The translations under genes were made by a program, and so were the position numbers. 64,000 nt of DNA, from contig CAVOMR010000002.1 of NCBI GenBank assembly GCA_963697085.1, positions 145,913-209,912 of the forward strand. Reading direction: 5' to 3'. Positions 19,341 to 29,501 of the stretch are shown piece after piece. How positions within the stretch are numbered: position 1 is the first letter of the stretch; the number at the start of each line of letters is the position of its first letter. Source of the DNA: Candidatus Dormiibacterota bacterium (lineage in GTDB: Bacteria > Chloroflexota > Dormibacteria > Aeolococcales > Aeolococcaceae). A model generated the notes under the pieces. The model did no database searches. It saw only the letters and a list, made by a program, of their open reading frames with translations, and was not told the DNA's origin.

Positions 19341-22300
19341 ATGCCGTCCTGCCCGCGCTGCGGCGAATCGAACCCCGATCGAGCGAGATTCTGCCTCGCC
19401 TGCGGCGAAGCACTGGCACCGCTCACGAGCGGCGAAACACGAAAGACGGTAACGCTTCTTTTTTCCGACATCGTCGGCTCGACCGCTCTCGCCGACCGCC
19501 TCGATCCGGAGTCCATTCGACGCGTGATGGCGCGGTATTTCGAGGTGATGCAGTCGGTGCTCGAACTCCACGGCGGGACGGTCGAGAAATTCATCGGCGA
19601 CGCCATCATGGCCGTATTCGGCATTCCACACGTTCATGAGGACGATGCCGAACGAGCCCTCCGCGCAGCATGCGAGATGCGGGAGCGACTGCACGACCTC
19701 AACGAAGAGTTCGACACCGGGTGGGGTGTTCGGCTTGTCACACGGATGGGGGTCAACACGGGCGAAGTCGCGGCCGGCGATCCTTCGAAGGGTCAGGCCT
19801 TCGTCTCCGGCGACGTTGTGAACGTCGCGGCCCGCTTCGAGCAGGCCGCGCAACCCGATGAGATCTTGATCGGGGAGCGCACTTGGAGACTCTGCACGGC
19901 GGCCATCGACGCCCAGCCCGTGGCGGCCTTGACGCTGAAAGGAAAACCCGAGCCTGTGCCGGCATGGCGCCTGGTGAGCATGTCTCAGGAAAGCGCGGGG
20001 CTACGGCGCCTTGGCAAGGCACCCTTTGTCGGTCGTGACGAGGAAATGGAGCTACTGAGGAAGCAACTGGAGCGCGCAACACGTGAGCGCAGATGCATCC
20101 TTGTGACTTCTCGTCGGTCCACCTGGCATCGGCAAGTCAAGACTCGCCGATGAGCTGGCGGCGTCGGCGGCGCCCCACGCGCGCGTGGTGACCGGACGCT
20201 GCCTTCCCTATGGCGAGGGCATCACCTACTGGCCCCTCGCCGAGATCGTGAGCGAGGTGGCGGGGAGCGACCTGCGCACCACGGTTGCCCGGCTGGTGCC
20301 TGAGCAGGCATCGCTCGTTTCCGAACGATTAGCCGCGGCAATCGGAAGCGGTGGTGCTCCAGGGTCGCCGGCCGACATTTGCTGGGCCTTCCGCCTGTTG
20401 TTCGAGGGGCTCGCCGCGGAACGCCCGCTCGTTGTGGTAATCGACGACATTCATTGGGCGGAGCCGACACTGCTCGATCTGCTCGAATACATCGCCGGAT
20501 TCGCAACGGGCTTCCCCATCCTCCTGATTTGCCTGGCACGCGCTGACGTATTTGACGTTCGCCCCAGTTGGGCAGTGCCGCGGCTGAATACTCTCGTGAT
20601 CTCACTTCAACCGATGTCTGATCGGGATGTGGACGCCCTGATCGAAAAGCTGCCTGCTCGACACCTGGCGCCCGAGGCACGGCTGCGAGCCGCCCGTGCG
20701 GCGGAAGGCAACCCGCTCTTCATCGAACAACTCCTGGCATTCAACGCCGACGCCGCGACCGGCAACGAGTTCGATCCTCATTCCTCCAACGATTCATGCC
20801 CTCCTCGCCGCGCGAGTTGATCGCCTGAGCGGATCCGACCGAGCCGTCGTCGAACGTGCTGCGGTAGAGGGCCGAAACTTCCATCGCGGGGCGGTGGCGG
20901 AACTCCTCGCGGAGGACGCCCGTGCCAGCGTCGGCGCATGTCTGATCGCATTGGCGCGAAAGGAGTTGATACAAACGGGAGACACGTCTTTCCCCGGCGA
21001 CGAAGGGTTCCGCTTCAGCCACATCCTCATCCGAGACGCGGCCTACGATGCGATACCCAAACAGCTTCGGGCCGAGCTACACGAACGTTTCGCGGCGTGG
21101 CTCGAGCATTCGGCGGGAAGCCGGGCGGGCGAATATGAGGAAATTCTGGGCTACCACCTCGAACAAGCCGCGCGATATCTTGCCGAACTCGGACGCACCA
21201 ACGAAACGCAGCGCCTCGCGGAGGCGGCCGGCCGGCGGCTTGCGGGTTCCGGATTGCGAGCGCTGGGACGCGGCGATCTCCCCGCCGCCATGAACCTGTT
21301 GACGAGGGCAACCGACCTGCTTCCTATCGATGACTCGTTCCGCCTCACGCTCCTGCCGGAGCTTGGCATCGCGTTGACTGAGGCCGGGGAAATGGATCGA
21401 GCAGAGGAGATTCTTCGCGATGCCGAGGCACGCGGACGCGCAGACGGCGATGAGGTCGCGATGTGGCGCGCGTCGGTCGCGCGCCTGGGCGTGCGGGCAT
21501 GGACAAAGTCGGTGGACGCCGATGAGATTCCCGCGCTGGCGGCGGTGGCGAAGGATGCCCTCTCCGGTCTGGGAGACGAGTTGGGTCTCGCGCGGTCATG
21601 CCACCTCATCGGCCTCTATCAGAGCTGGGCGGGGCGCAGCATGGAAAGCGATCGTTCTTTCGAGGAGGCTTTGACCCACGCGAGAAACGCGGACGCCCGC
21701 CGTGAAGAGTTGGTGATCCAACAGTGGATGCTCATCAACTCGTGGTACGGGCCCATCGCAGGTGCGGAGGGACTGCGCCGGTGCCGTGAGGTTCTGCAGC
21801 AACCGAACCCGCGACTGGTCGAAGCCACCGCTGCGATCGAACTCGGCTGCTTTCTCGCCATGACCGGCGACTTCGACGAGGCTCGGGCCTCGCATGCGCG
21901 CGGGCGCGAGGTGCTCGACGAGCTGGGACAGCAGTTGAGCGCCGCTGGCGCGTCGCAGGAATACTTCGACATCGCCATGCTCGCAGAGGATCCGGCCGGG
22001 GCTGAAGGCTGCCTCCGGGAGGCATGCGCCGCGCTCGTGACCATGGGCGAGCGAGGGTTCCTCGCAACGCGTCTCGGATGCCTGGCAGAGGCCGTTTACG
22101 CTCAGGGCCGCTTCGAAGAGGCGGAGCAGATCAGCGAGCAGGCCGAGGAAGCCGCCTCGACTGACCCGGGTGACGTCGATGCCGGAATCCGCTGGCGAGC
22201 TGTTCGGGGCAAGATCTTCGCCCGGCGTGCCGACTTCGCAAGGGCCGAGATCCTGATACAACAGGCGCTTGATCTTATCGCCGGCACGGACTGGCTGAAT

Positions 22301-22474
22301 ATGCGAGCGCAGCTCCAGCTCGATCTCGCTGAGATCCTGGATCTTGGGGCCCGACCGGACGACGCAACAGCTGCGGTGCAGGAAGCGCTCCGCCTTTTCG
22401 AGGAGAAGGAGAACCTCGTGGCGGCGTCACGGGCTCGGACACGGCTCGCCGGCTCATCGAATCGCCAGCGCTGA
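19341..22474 (+). CDS. Zinc-ribbon / class III cyclase / STAND ATPase / TPR protein, split by two +1 frameshifts
   Basis: CPRC..CLAC, FSDIVGST, EKFIGDAIMA, GDVVNVAAR. Removing one base at about 20109 restores LVGPPGIGKS; one at about 20770 restores IPPTIHALLAAR. Confidence 0.85.
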
Positions 22475-22546
22475 TCGGCCCGTCCCCGCCATTCGCTGCA
22501 GACGTCTCTGGACGTCCAACCCGCACGTCCTGTTTCCAGGAACGAC

Positions 22547-22621
22547 TGGAGCGGGAGACGAGGCTCGAACTCGCGACCCCTACCTTGGCAAGGTAGTGCT
22601 CTACCACTGAGCTACTCCCGC
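22547..22621 (-). tRNA. tRNA-Gly(GCC)
   Basis: GCGGGAG acceptor stem, TAGCTCAGTGGTAGAGC D arm, CTACC-TTGCCAA-GGTAG anticodon arm, GTTCGAG T loop, encoded CCA. Confidence 0.97.
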
Positions 22622-22676
22622 TCGTTACCGCGAAGGCGCGCAGTATATCGTCGCCGGTGCGACGGACCCGGCGAGG

Positions 22677-23318
22677 TCAGACCGGCTGTGCCGCCTCCTG
22701 CCGCTGCGATGCGATCCAGCGCTCGAGCGCGTCACCGGACTCGAACGACGTGATCAGCGCGTAGCGCGGCCCCGGTCCGGGGTTGTGCACGACGTGGTAC
22801 AGCCGCTCCGTATCGAGCACGAGCTGCCGCTGCGGATGCAGCGGAATCCGAAGCTCGGTCGAGGGATCGTCCCTGACCTCGCGGAGGATGAACGTCGACC
22901 CGGCAGGGGCATTCAGCTCGAGCCAGGCGCGCACGACCCACCCCTCGCCGTCGGGATTGAGGCGGTTGTTATCGTCCTGATGCAGCTGGCGCAGCGCAGC
23001 CTCCTCCGAGGAGGGATTCAGCTTGATCACGCGGACGCGACCGTACCTCGCCCCCACCGCCTCCACGTACTTGCAGAGCGTCGGTGCGATCTCACGGTTC
23101 GCTGTCCAGATGCCGTCCTTGTCGGGCTTGCCGTGGTCCCAGAAGCCGGCGCACTCCATCTCCCCCATCGCGGATGCGAGCGGCGCGAAGTTCGTGTCGC
23201 CGCCGGACTTCCAGTCGACGTATTCCAGGCCCTCCCATTCCGCGGGCGGGATGGCCGGGCCGTCGCGCAGGACAACGGATCCATTCTCGGAGAGCACGTC
23301 GAGTTTCTTGTAGCCCAT
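22677..23318 (-). CDS. Putative Fe(II)/2-oxoglutarate oxygenase (AspH-like cupin)
   Basis: GRVRVIKL...LHQD...LYHVVHN...RYALI gives an HxD...H triad and a 2OG-binding Arg pattern. Confidence 0.6.
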   Translation of the reverse strand: MGYKKLDVLSENGSVVLRDGPAIPPAEWEGLEYVDWKSGGDTNFAPLASAMGEMECAGFWDHGKPDKDGIWTANREIAPTLCKYVEAVGARYGRVRVIKLNPSSEEAALRQLHQDDNNRLNPDGEGWVVRAWLELNAPAGSTFILREVRDDPSTELRIPLHPQRQLVLDTERLYHVVHNPGPGPRYALITSFESGDALERWIASQRQEAAQPV

Positions 23319-23431
23319 GGAAGTTCCTCTCGATCTCGGATGACGCAGTTCAGCAAACGTGGGATCGAACGCTAAGGCTACACGCGGGTCGGGAGCCGTG
23401 GCACATCTCCACCCGGCTAAGCTCACCACCG

Positions 23432-24211
23432 GTGATTGACGACCTTTCCCTTGCGCTCGAGCTGGCAGACGTCGCCGACGGCATCTCGATGGAGCGATTT
23501 CGTGCCCACGATCTCAAGATCGACGCGAAGCCGGACCTGTCGCCGGTGACCGAGGGCGACCGCGCAATCGAGCGGTACGCACGCGATCGCATCGGCTCGG
23601 AACGCCCGGATCACGCGATCATCGGCGAGGAGTTCGGCGTCGTCGGCGATCGAGACGCAACGTGGCGATGGGTCATCGATCCGATCGACGGGACGAGGAG
23701 CTTCGTACGCGGCAACGAGACCTGGGCGACGCTGATCGCCCTGCAGCGCGACGGCGAATCAGTCGTTGCGGTCGCGTCCGCGCCTGCGATGCGCCTGCGC
23801 TTCCACGCCACGAGGGGCGGCGGGTCGTTCCTGAACGGGCGCCGGATCCACGTGTCGAAGATCTCGGAGATCTCGGAGGCCCTCATCACCCACACCGCAA
23901 TTCGGGGCTTCGTCATCACGAAGCAGTCCGAGCGGCTCGTCGCGCTCGCCGGCCGGTGCTGGGATGCCCGCGGCATCGGCAACTCGATGTCGCACCTCGC
24001 GGTTGCGCGCGGCACCGCCGACATCGGCTGGACGTCCCGCGCCAACATCTGGGACTTCGCGGCGCTCTCCCTGATCGTCACGGAGGCCGGAGGCCGCTTC
24101 ACCGACCGGAGCGCCGACGATCCGGTCCTCGGCGGCACCGGCATCTCGTCGAACGGGCTCCTTCACGACCTCGTCCTCGAGGCCGCCGGCTATCCGGAGC
24201 TTGCTGCATGA
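23432..24211 (+). CDS. hisN: Histidinol-phosphatase, inositol monophosphatase family
   Basis: KPDLSPVTEGD, GEEFG, WVIDPIDGTRSFVRG, WDFAAL. Confidence 0.75.
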   Translation: MIDDLSLALELADVADGISMERFRAHDLKIDAKPDLSPVTEGDRAIERYARDRIGSERPDHAIIGEEFGVVGDRDATWRWVIDPIDGTRSFVRGNETWATLIALQRDGESVVAVASAPAMRLRFHATRGGGSFLNGRRIHVSKISEISEALITHTAIRGFVITKQSERLVALAGRCWDARGIGNSMSHLAVARGTADIGWTSRANIWDFAALSLIVTEAGGRFTDRSADDPVLGGTGISSNGLLHDLVLEAAGYPELAA

Positions 24212-25122
24212 GAATCGGCACCCTGCGCGACGGCGCCGCCACGCTTCCCGCGCTCATCGAGGGTGAGCGCGCGTACCGGCTCGACGACGTGCTCGGCGCG
24301 ATGGGCGGCGGGCTCGTCGCCGTTCCGGATGGCGCGGATGCGGCGACCATCCTCGCCAGCCCTGCGCTCAACGCGGCGGCGCGCGCCGCTGTCGAGGCGC
24401 TCCCCGACCTCATCACGCGCGGCGCAGCGCCCTCGTATCCGCTCTATATCCTCGGACCGCCGGTGCCGCGCCCCGGCAAGATCGTCTGCGCCGGGCGCAA
24501 CTATGCGGAGCACGCGAAGGAGCTCGGCAACGACATTCCGACGCGCCCGATCCTCTTCGCCAAGCTTGCGACCTCCGTGCGCGGACCGTTCGATGACGTG
24601 GTGCGGCCGCGCGAGGTTGACGACCTCGACTACGAGGCCGAGCTCTGCGTGATCATCGGGAGCGGTGGACGGCGCATCCCCAAGGATCGCGCGCTGGCGC
24701 ATGTGGCCGGGTATTGCTGCGCCAACGATGTCTCGGCCCGCAACGCGCAGCTCGGCCTCGGCGATCAGTGGCTGCGCGGCAAGAGCTTCGACACCTTCTG
24801 CCCGATCGGTCCGTGGATCGTCACCGCCGACGAGATCCCCGATCCGCAGGCGCTGAAGGTTCGATGCCGCGTGGACGGCGCGCTCCGGCAGGACGGATCG
24901 ACCGCGGACATGATCTTCGACGTCGCGACGCTCATCTCGTACATCGCGGATGCGTTCACGCTCGAACCAGGCGACCTCATCCTCACGGGCACACCATCGG
25001 GTGTGGCAATGGGACAACATCCAGCGCCATGGCTCCAGCCGGGTCAACTCTGCGAGGTGGAGATCCCCGGCATCGGGAGCATCGCCAACCGCATCGTCGC
25101 CGAGGAACCGGAGCAGCAGTAA
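24208..25122 (+). CDS. Fumarylacetoacetate hydrolase family protein
   Basis: KIVCAGRNYAEH, DYEAEL, NDVSAR, GKSFDTFCPIGP, GDLILTGTPSGV. Confidence 0.92.
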   Translation: MRIGTLRDGAATLPALIEGERAYRLDDVLGAMGGGLVAVPDGADAATILASPALNAAARAAVEALPDLITRGAAPSYPLYILGPPVPRPGKIVCAGRNYAEHAKELGNDIPTRPILFAKLATSVRGPFDDVVRPREVDDLDYEAELCVIIGSGGRRIPKDRALAHVAGYCCANDVSARNAQLGLGDQWLRGKSFDTFCPIGPWIVTADEIPDPQALKVRCRVDGALRQDGSTADMIFDVATLISYIADAFTLEPGDLILTGTPSGVAMGQHPAPWLQPGQLCEVEIPGIGSIANRIVAEEPEQQ

Positions 25123-25124
25123 CC

Positions 25125-26876
25125 GTGAACGGCGTGGGGGCTCGACCGGCACACGGTCGAACGCGGGGAACCTTGCCGCGCAACGCGGCTCGATGGTTCG
25201 GCGCGCTGGTGCTGCTCGCGCTCTTCTCCCTGGCCGGTGCGACGACCGTGCTCGCGGACTGCGGCGATGTCGGCGCGGCCACGCTCTCCGGTGCATGGCA
25301 GCTCAAAGAGACCGTCGCCTCGTACAGCTCCGGGACCGTGTCGTCCTTTCGCAAGCCGGTCGGTTTTCAGAACATCGACGAGGTCACGTTCGTCTCGGCG
25401 TGCACCGCAGCCGGAGCCTGCACGGTGACCATCCCCGGGAGCTCTGGTGGCGCCTCCCAGTTCGACAGTCAATCCCCGATCGGGTTCGTGGGGCCTGGCA
25501 CCGACAAACCGTTGATCCAGACGGGCGCGAACCTCGCGGATACATACCTCACGGCAGGCGGAATCGGCGGCCCGGGCTTGCCACCGTGCAGTCCCCCGAA
25601 GGGCTTCCTCGACGCCACATTGACGCTGCACGTGGTCTCCGCCGCCCGAGACCCGGAGGGTGCCTGGCAGGCGACGCTGATCACGGGGACGTACGCCCAA
25701 GAGGCGGGAGACTGGACCTGTTCGGGTGGGGTGGGCGTCCCCGGCGTGATGGAACATGTGACGCTCGAGGCGGTCCCTGCTGGGAGCACGTTCCCCGCAC
25801 GCATCACGGCCACGTGCGCCGCGGCAGCCGCGACGCCGAAAGCACCGGCGACGACACCGGGCAACCCGAGTGAGTCCTCGATCTCGTCGGCGCTGTCGAC
25901 ACCGACTGATGCGTTCTCCTCGCTCGGCAACAGCCTGGTCAACGCGGCGATCACGCTCGGGATCATCCTGTTCATCACCTTTCCCTCGCAGGTGTTCAAC
26001 CGCACCTTCGAGGAGAACTACGACGAGATCCGTGCCATCGCGTCGCGCCGGGTGCGCTGGCTGCAGCGCCTGCGTCGCGAGGCGTCGAAGTCGTCGACGA
26101 CGATGCGCTCTGCGCTCATCTTCGCGGTGGTCGTCCTGGTGGGCGCCATTCTCGGCGGCCTCAACGATCCGAAGTTCGGGTTCAACGGACGCTCCGCCGC
26201 CACCTATCTCGCCGTCATCCTCGCGATCCTCATCGGCGTCGCCGTCTCAGGTCTCGTCAACTACACGTACCGGCGCGCCCGTGGACGCGATGTGCGCTGG
26301 CAATTTCATGCACTCCCCGCCGGGCTCGCGGTCGCGGCGACGTGCGTGCTCATCTCGCGCCTGTCCGAGTTTCAGCCCGGATATCTGTACGGCATCATCG
26401 TCGGCATCGCGTTCGGCGGCGTGCTCGCCAAGAACGAGGCAGGGCACAGCGTCGCACTCGGCTCGATCGCGAGCCTCGTCATCGCCGTCCTGGCATGGTT
26501 CGCCTGGGTCCCCGTGCACGGCGCGGCGGCGTCCACGAACGCTGGATTCTTCACGGTCGTCGCCGCGGACGTGCTCGCGTCGCTGTTCATCGGCGGGCTC
26601 GTCGGCAGCGTCATCAGCCTGCTGCCACTGCGATTCCTCCCGGGCGGCACCCTGCTGACCTGGAGTCGCGCGGCCTGGGCGGTCGTCTTCGGCATCGCCG
26701 TCTTCGGGCTGCTCGAGGTGGAGCTGCGTCCGCAGTCAACCGCCGCACATCCGGGGAAGGCGCCGATCGTCACCGCGATCGTGCTGTTCGTGCTCTTCGG
26801 CGGTCTCTCGGTCGGGCTGCGTGTCTACTTCAACGCGCGCAGGCGCCGGCTCGCGGGCACTCCAGCCACGAGCTGA
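25125..26876 (+). CDS. Multi-TM membrane protein (FGLLP-motif-like) with Cys-containing extracellular N-domain
   Basis: Signal peptide, Cys-paired domain, then FPSQVFNRTFEENY, FQPGYLYG and LLPLRFLPG TM region. Confidence 0.72.
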   Translation: MNGVGARPAHGRTRGTLPRNAARWFGALVLLALFSLAGATTVLADCGDVGAATLSGAWQLKETVASYSSGTVSSFRKPVGFQNIDEVTFVSACTAAGACTVTIPGSSGGASQFDSQSPIGFVGPGTDKPLIQTGANLADTYLTAGGIGGPGLPPCSPPKGFLDATLTLHVVSAARDPEGAWQATLITGTYAQEAGDWTCSGGVGVPGVMEHVTLEAVPAGSTFPARITATCAAAAATPKAPATTPGNPSESSISSALSTPTDAFSSLGNSLVNAAITLGIILFITFPSQVFNRTFEENYDEIRAIASRRVRWLQRLRREASKSSTTMRSALIFAVVVLVGAILGGLNDPKFGFNGRSAATYLAVILAILIGVAVSGLVNYTYRRARGRDVRWQFHALPAGLAVAATCVLISRLSEFQPGYLYGIIVGIAFGGVLAKNEAGHSVALGSIASLVIAVLAWFAWVPVHGAAASTNAGFFTVVAADVLASLFIGGLVGSVISLLPLRFLPGGTLLTWSRAAWAVVFGIAVFGLLEVELRPQSTAAHPGKAPIVTAIVLFVLFGGLSVGLRVYFNARRRRLAGTPATS

Positions 26877-26888
26877 GCGCGCCGCTCG

Positions 26889-27314
26889 TCAGATCGGAAG
26901 CTTCGTCTCCGCGTCGCGGAGACGCCTGCAGAGGGTGAGGAGCAGCTTGAGCGCAATGCTCGGGTTCTCCCGCAGGGCGCCTCTGAAATGCCACACCGCA
27001 AGTGACAGCGTGCTCAGCGGCGTCTCCGCCTCCACAGTGGCCGACCGGGGTCCGCCATCGATCAGGGCGATGTCCCCGAACGAATCGCCCGGACCCAGTG
27101 TGCGGATGCGCCGGCCGCGTCGTGTCACGACCGCCGTTCCCGACACGATGAGGAAGAACCGACCGCCCTCATCACCTTCTCGCACAACAACCTTCCCCGC
27201 CGGAAAGTCGAGCTCCCGGGTGAACTGGAGCACCAGCCCGACCTCTTTCCTGGACAGATCCGCAAAGAGATCGACCGCCCCGAGCATGTCGACCTGAGCG
27301 CTACGACTTGCCAC
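26889..27314 (-). CDS. Stand-alone cyclic nucleotide-binding domain protein
   Basis: REGDEG, LGPGDSFGDIALIDGGPRSATV phosphate-binding cassette; no HTH; GAGGAG SD. Confidence 0.9.
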   Translation of the reverse strand: MASRSAQVDMLGAVDLFADLSRKEVGLVLQFTRELDFPAGKVVVREGDEGGRFFLIVSGTAVVTRRGRRIRTLGPGDSFGDIALIDGGPRSATVEAETPLSTLSLAVWHFRGALRENPSIALKLLLTLCRRLRDAETKLPI

Positions 27315-27383
27315 GCTGTTCTCCTCGTATCCCTTGATCGCCGGGGCGCTCAGTCCCGTTGCCGCGCCGGCGAATGTCCGCTG

Positions 27384-29363
27384 TCAGAGATGGATGCCGC
27401 GCATGAGCATCCCGAGCGCGTACGCCTCGGGAGTCACCGTTTGGTCGGAGCGGTCGCCACCGTCGTGCGACTGCGAGCTGCTGTCGGGAAGCATGTGGAA
27501 CGCGCCGGCCATGATCAACTGGTGAACGTTGGGCGCGATCGCGTGCACCAGCTCGCCGAATTTTCCCACGCGGGTCGACACTTCGTGCGGCCGCTTGATC
27601 AGCGCCTCCACCACCATGTCGGCCGCCTCATCGGAGCTGATCGTCGGGAAGTTCTTGTACATCCCGGTCGGCGCGATCATCGGCGTGCGCACCAGCGGCA
27701 TGTGGATCGTCGTCACCGCGATCCCCTCAGCGGCGACCTCCGGCGCGAAGCATCGGGAGAAGGCGTCGAGCGCGTTCTTGCTCGCGACGTACGCGGCGAA
27801 GCGCGGCGGGTATGCCTGCCCGCCGATCGAGGTGATGTTGATGATGTGCCCGTCCTGGCGCTCGCGCATCCCCGTGATGACGGCCATGATCAGGGCGATG
27901 GCGCCGAAGTAGTTCAGCTTCATGGTGCGCTCGAAGTCGTGGAAACGATCGAGGGAGTCGAGCACCGAACGCCGGATCGACCGGCCCGCGTTGTTGATGA
28001 GCACGTCGACGCGACCGTGGTCGGCGATCACCTGCTCGATGAGGTGGGTGCACGCGTCGTGGTCGCTGAGGTCGGTCGGGTAGATGTATGCCTTGCCGCC
28101 ACCACTCGCCACCTCGTCGCGCATCTCCTCGAGCTGCTCGACCCGGCGCGCGACCCCGATGATGATCGCGCCCGAGGCGGCGAGATGCCTGCAGACGGCG
28201 CGGCCGATCCCGCTCGACGCGCCGGTGATGACCACGACGCGGTCGCCCACGACGCGGCGCACGTTGGCCGGCGTCGGCAGCTGCGGGTCGAGGTGGCGCT
28301 CCCAGTAGTCCCAGACCTTCCACGCGTAGTCGTGCAGCGGCGGGCACGTCACGCCGCTGCCCGCGAGCGCCGCCTGCGCATCGGTGGCATCGAACGTCGC
28401 CGGATAATCCATGTAGGTGAACGCCGCCTCGGGGATGCCCAGTCGCGTCAGCGCCTGCTCGCGCATCCGCTTCACCGCCGGGAGCGATCCCATCGCAGAG
28501 AACCCACCCGGGATCATCCGAGCCATGCGCCGGTCGATCCGGAGCGCGAACTCGGGTGCGTGCGCCGCCCTGCAGAAGGTGTTGAGCGTGTCACCGAGTG
28601 AAAGCGGGGCTGGATCCACGATGTGAAACGCACGTCCATCGAGACCGTCGACGTGCGCGATGTGGTCGATCGCCTTGACGACGAAGTCGACCGGCACCAG
28701 GTTGAACGGCCCCCCCTCCGGTCCGATGAACGGCACCCACTGCGGGAAGGCGTCGCGCATCTGCTGGATGAGCTTGAAGGCGTAGTAGGGGCCGTCGACG
28801 CGATCCGCCTCGCCGGTCTCAGACGAGCCAATCACCAGGCCGGGGCGGTACACCCGCCAGGGTACGGTCGCCTCCTCTCGAACGATGCGCTCGGCCTCGT
28901 GCTTGGTCTTGTAATAGGGATGGTCGAGGTCCTGGCCCTCGTCGAACATCGCCTCGGTGAACGAGCCCTTGAACTTTCCGGCGACGGCGATCGAGCTGAC
29001 GAGGTGCAGGCACGAGGCACCGACCTCGTTCGCGACGCCGACGACGTTGTGCGTCCCGGCAACGTTCACCCGCTCCGTCTCCTCGGCCGGAGCGGTCAGG
29101 TCGTACACCGCCGCGAGGTGGAAGAACTGGGCGCCCCGCAACCGGTCGCGGTCGTCCGCCGACAGCCCGAGACCGGGTTCCACGAGATCACCGATGAGCG
29201 CATGGAGACGCTTGCCGCCCGGATCGAGGCGCTCGCGCTGCACGGCGAAGCGAGCGCGCGACCCATGGCGAACAAGGACGAAGACGTTGTCTCCCCGCGC
29301 GAGCAGCAGGGGGACGAGCTGGCGGCCGATGAAACCCGTGGCGCCGGTGACGAAGTAGTTCAC
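27384..29363 (-). CDS. Two-domain SDR oxidoreductase (fatty acyl-CoA reductase AcrA1/Fcr1-like)
   Basis: N-terminal TGATGFIG/YYKTK extended SDR plus C-terminal TGASSGIG/NNAGRSIRRS/YVASK classical SDR. Confidence 0.88.
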   Translation of the reverse strand: MNYFVTGATGFIGRQLVPLLLARGDNVFVLVRHGSRARFAVQRERLDPGGKRLHALIGDLVEPGLGLSADDRDRLRGAQFFHLAAVYDLTAPAEETERVNVAGTHNVVGVANEVGASCLHLVSSIAVAGKFKGSFTEAMFDEGQDLDHPYYKTKHEAERIVREEATVPWRVYRPGLVIGSSETGEADRVDGPYYAFKLIQQMRDAFPQWVPFIGPEGGPFNLVPVDFVVKAIDHIAHVDGLDGRAFHIVDPAPLSLGDTLNTFCRAAHAPEFALRIDRRMARMIPGGFSAMGSLPAVKRMREQALTRLGIPEAAFTYMDYPATFDATDAQAALAGSGVTCPPLHDYAWKVWDYWERHLDPQLPTPANVRRVVGDRVVVITGASSGIGRAVCRHLAASGAIIIGVARRVEQLEEMRDEVASGGGKAYIYPTDLSDHDACTHLIEQVIADHGRVDVLINNAGRSIRRSVLDSLDRFHDFERTMKLNYFGAIALIMAVITGMRERQDGHIINITSIGGQAYPPRFAAYVASKNALDAFSRCFAPEVAAEGIAVTTIHMPLVRTPMIAPTGMYKNFPTISSDEAADMVVEALIKRPHEVSTRVGKFGELVHAIAPNVHQLIMAGAFHMLPDSSSQSHDGGDRSDQTVTPEAYALGMLMRGIHL

Positions 29364-29501
29364 GCGCCGACAATAGCGGCCGGGGAGTCGGGAGGCAATC
29401 GCCGTGGGTCGGGCTCGCTTGACCTTGGACGACCCCGATCGTCAGACTGCATCCAATTCAGCAAGAGTGGCTGACCAAGAGTGGCACAAGGGGGCATGCA
29501 C

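Larger units (their letters stand above)
18858..22594. mobile_element. Decayed tRNA-Gly-integrated islet (no integrase)
   Basis: Bounded by the tRNA 3' end and its direct repeat; carries only a cyclase-STAND gene. Confidence 0.6.
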
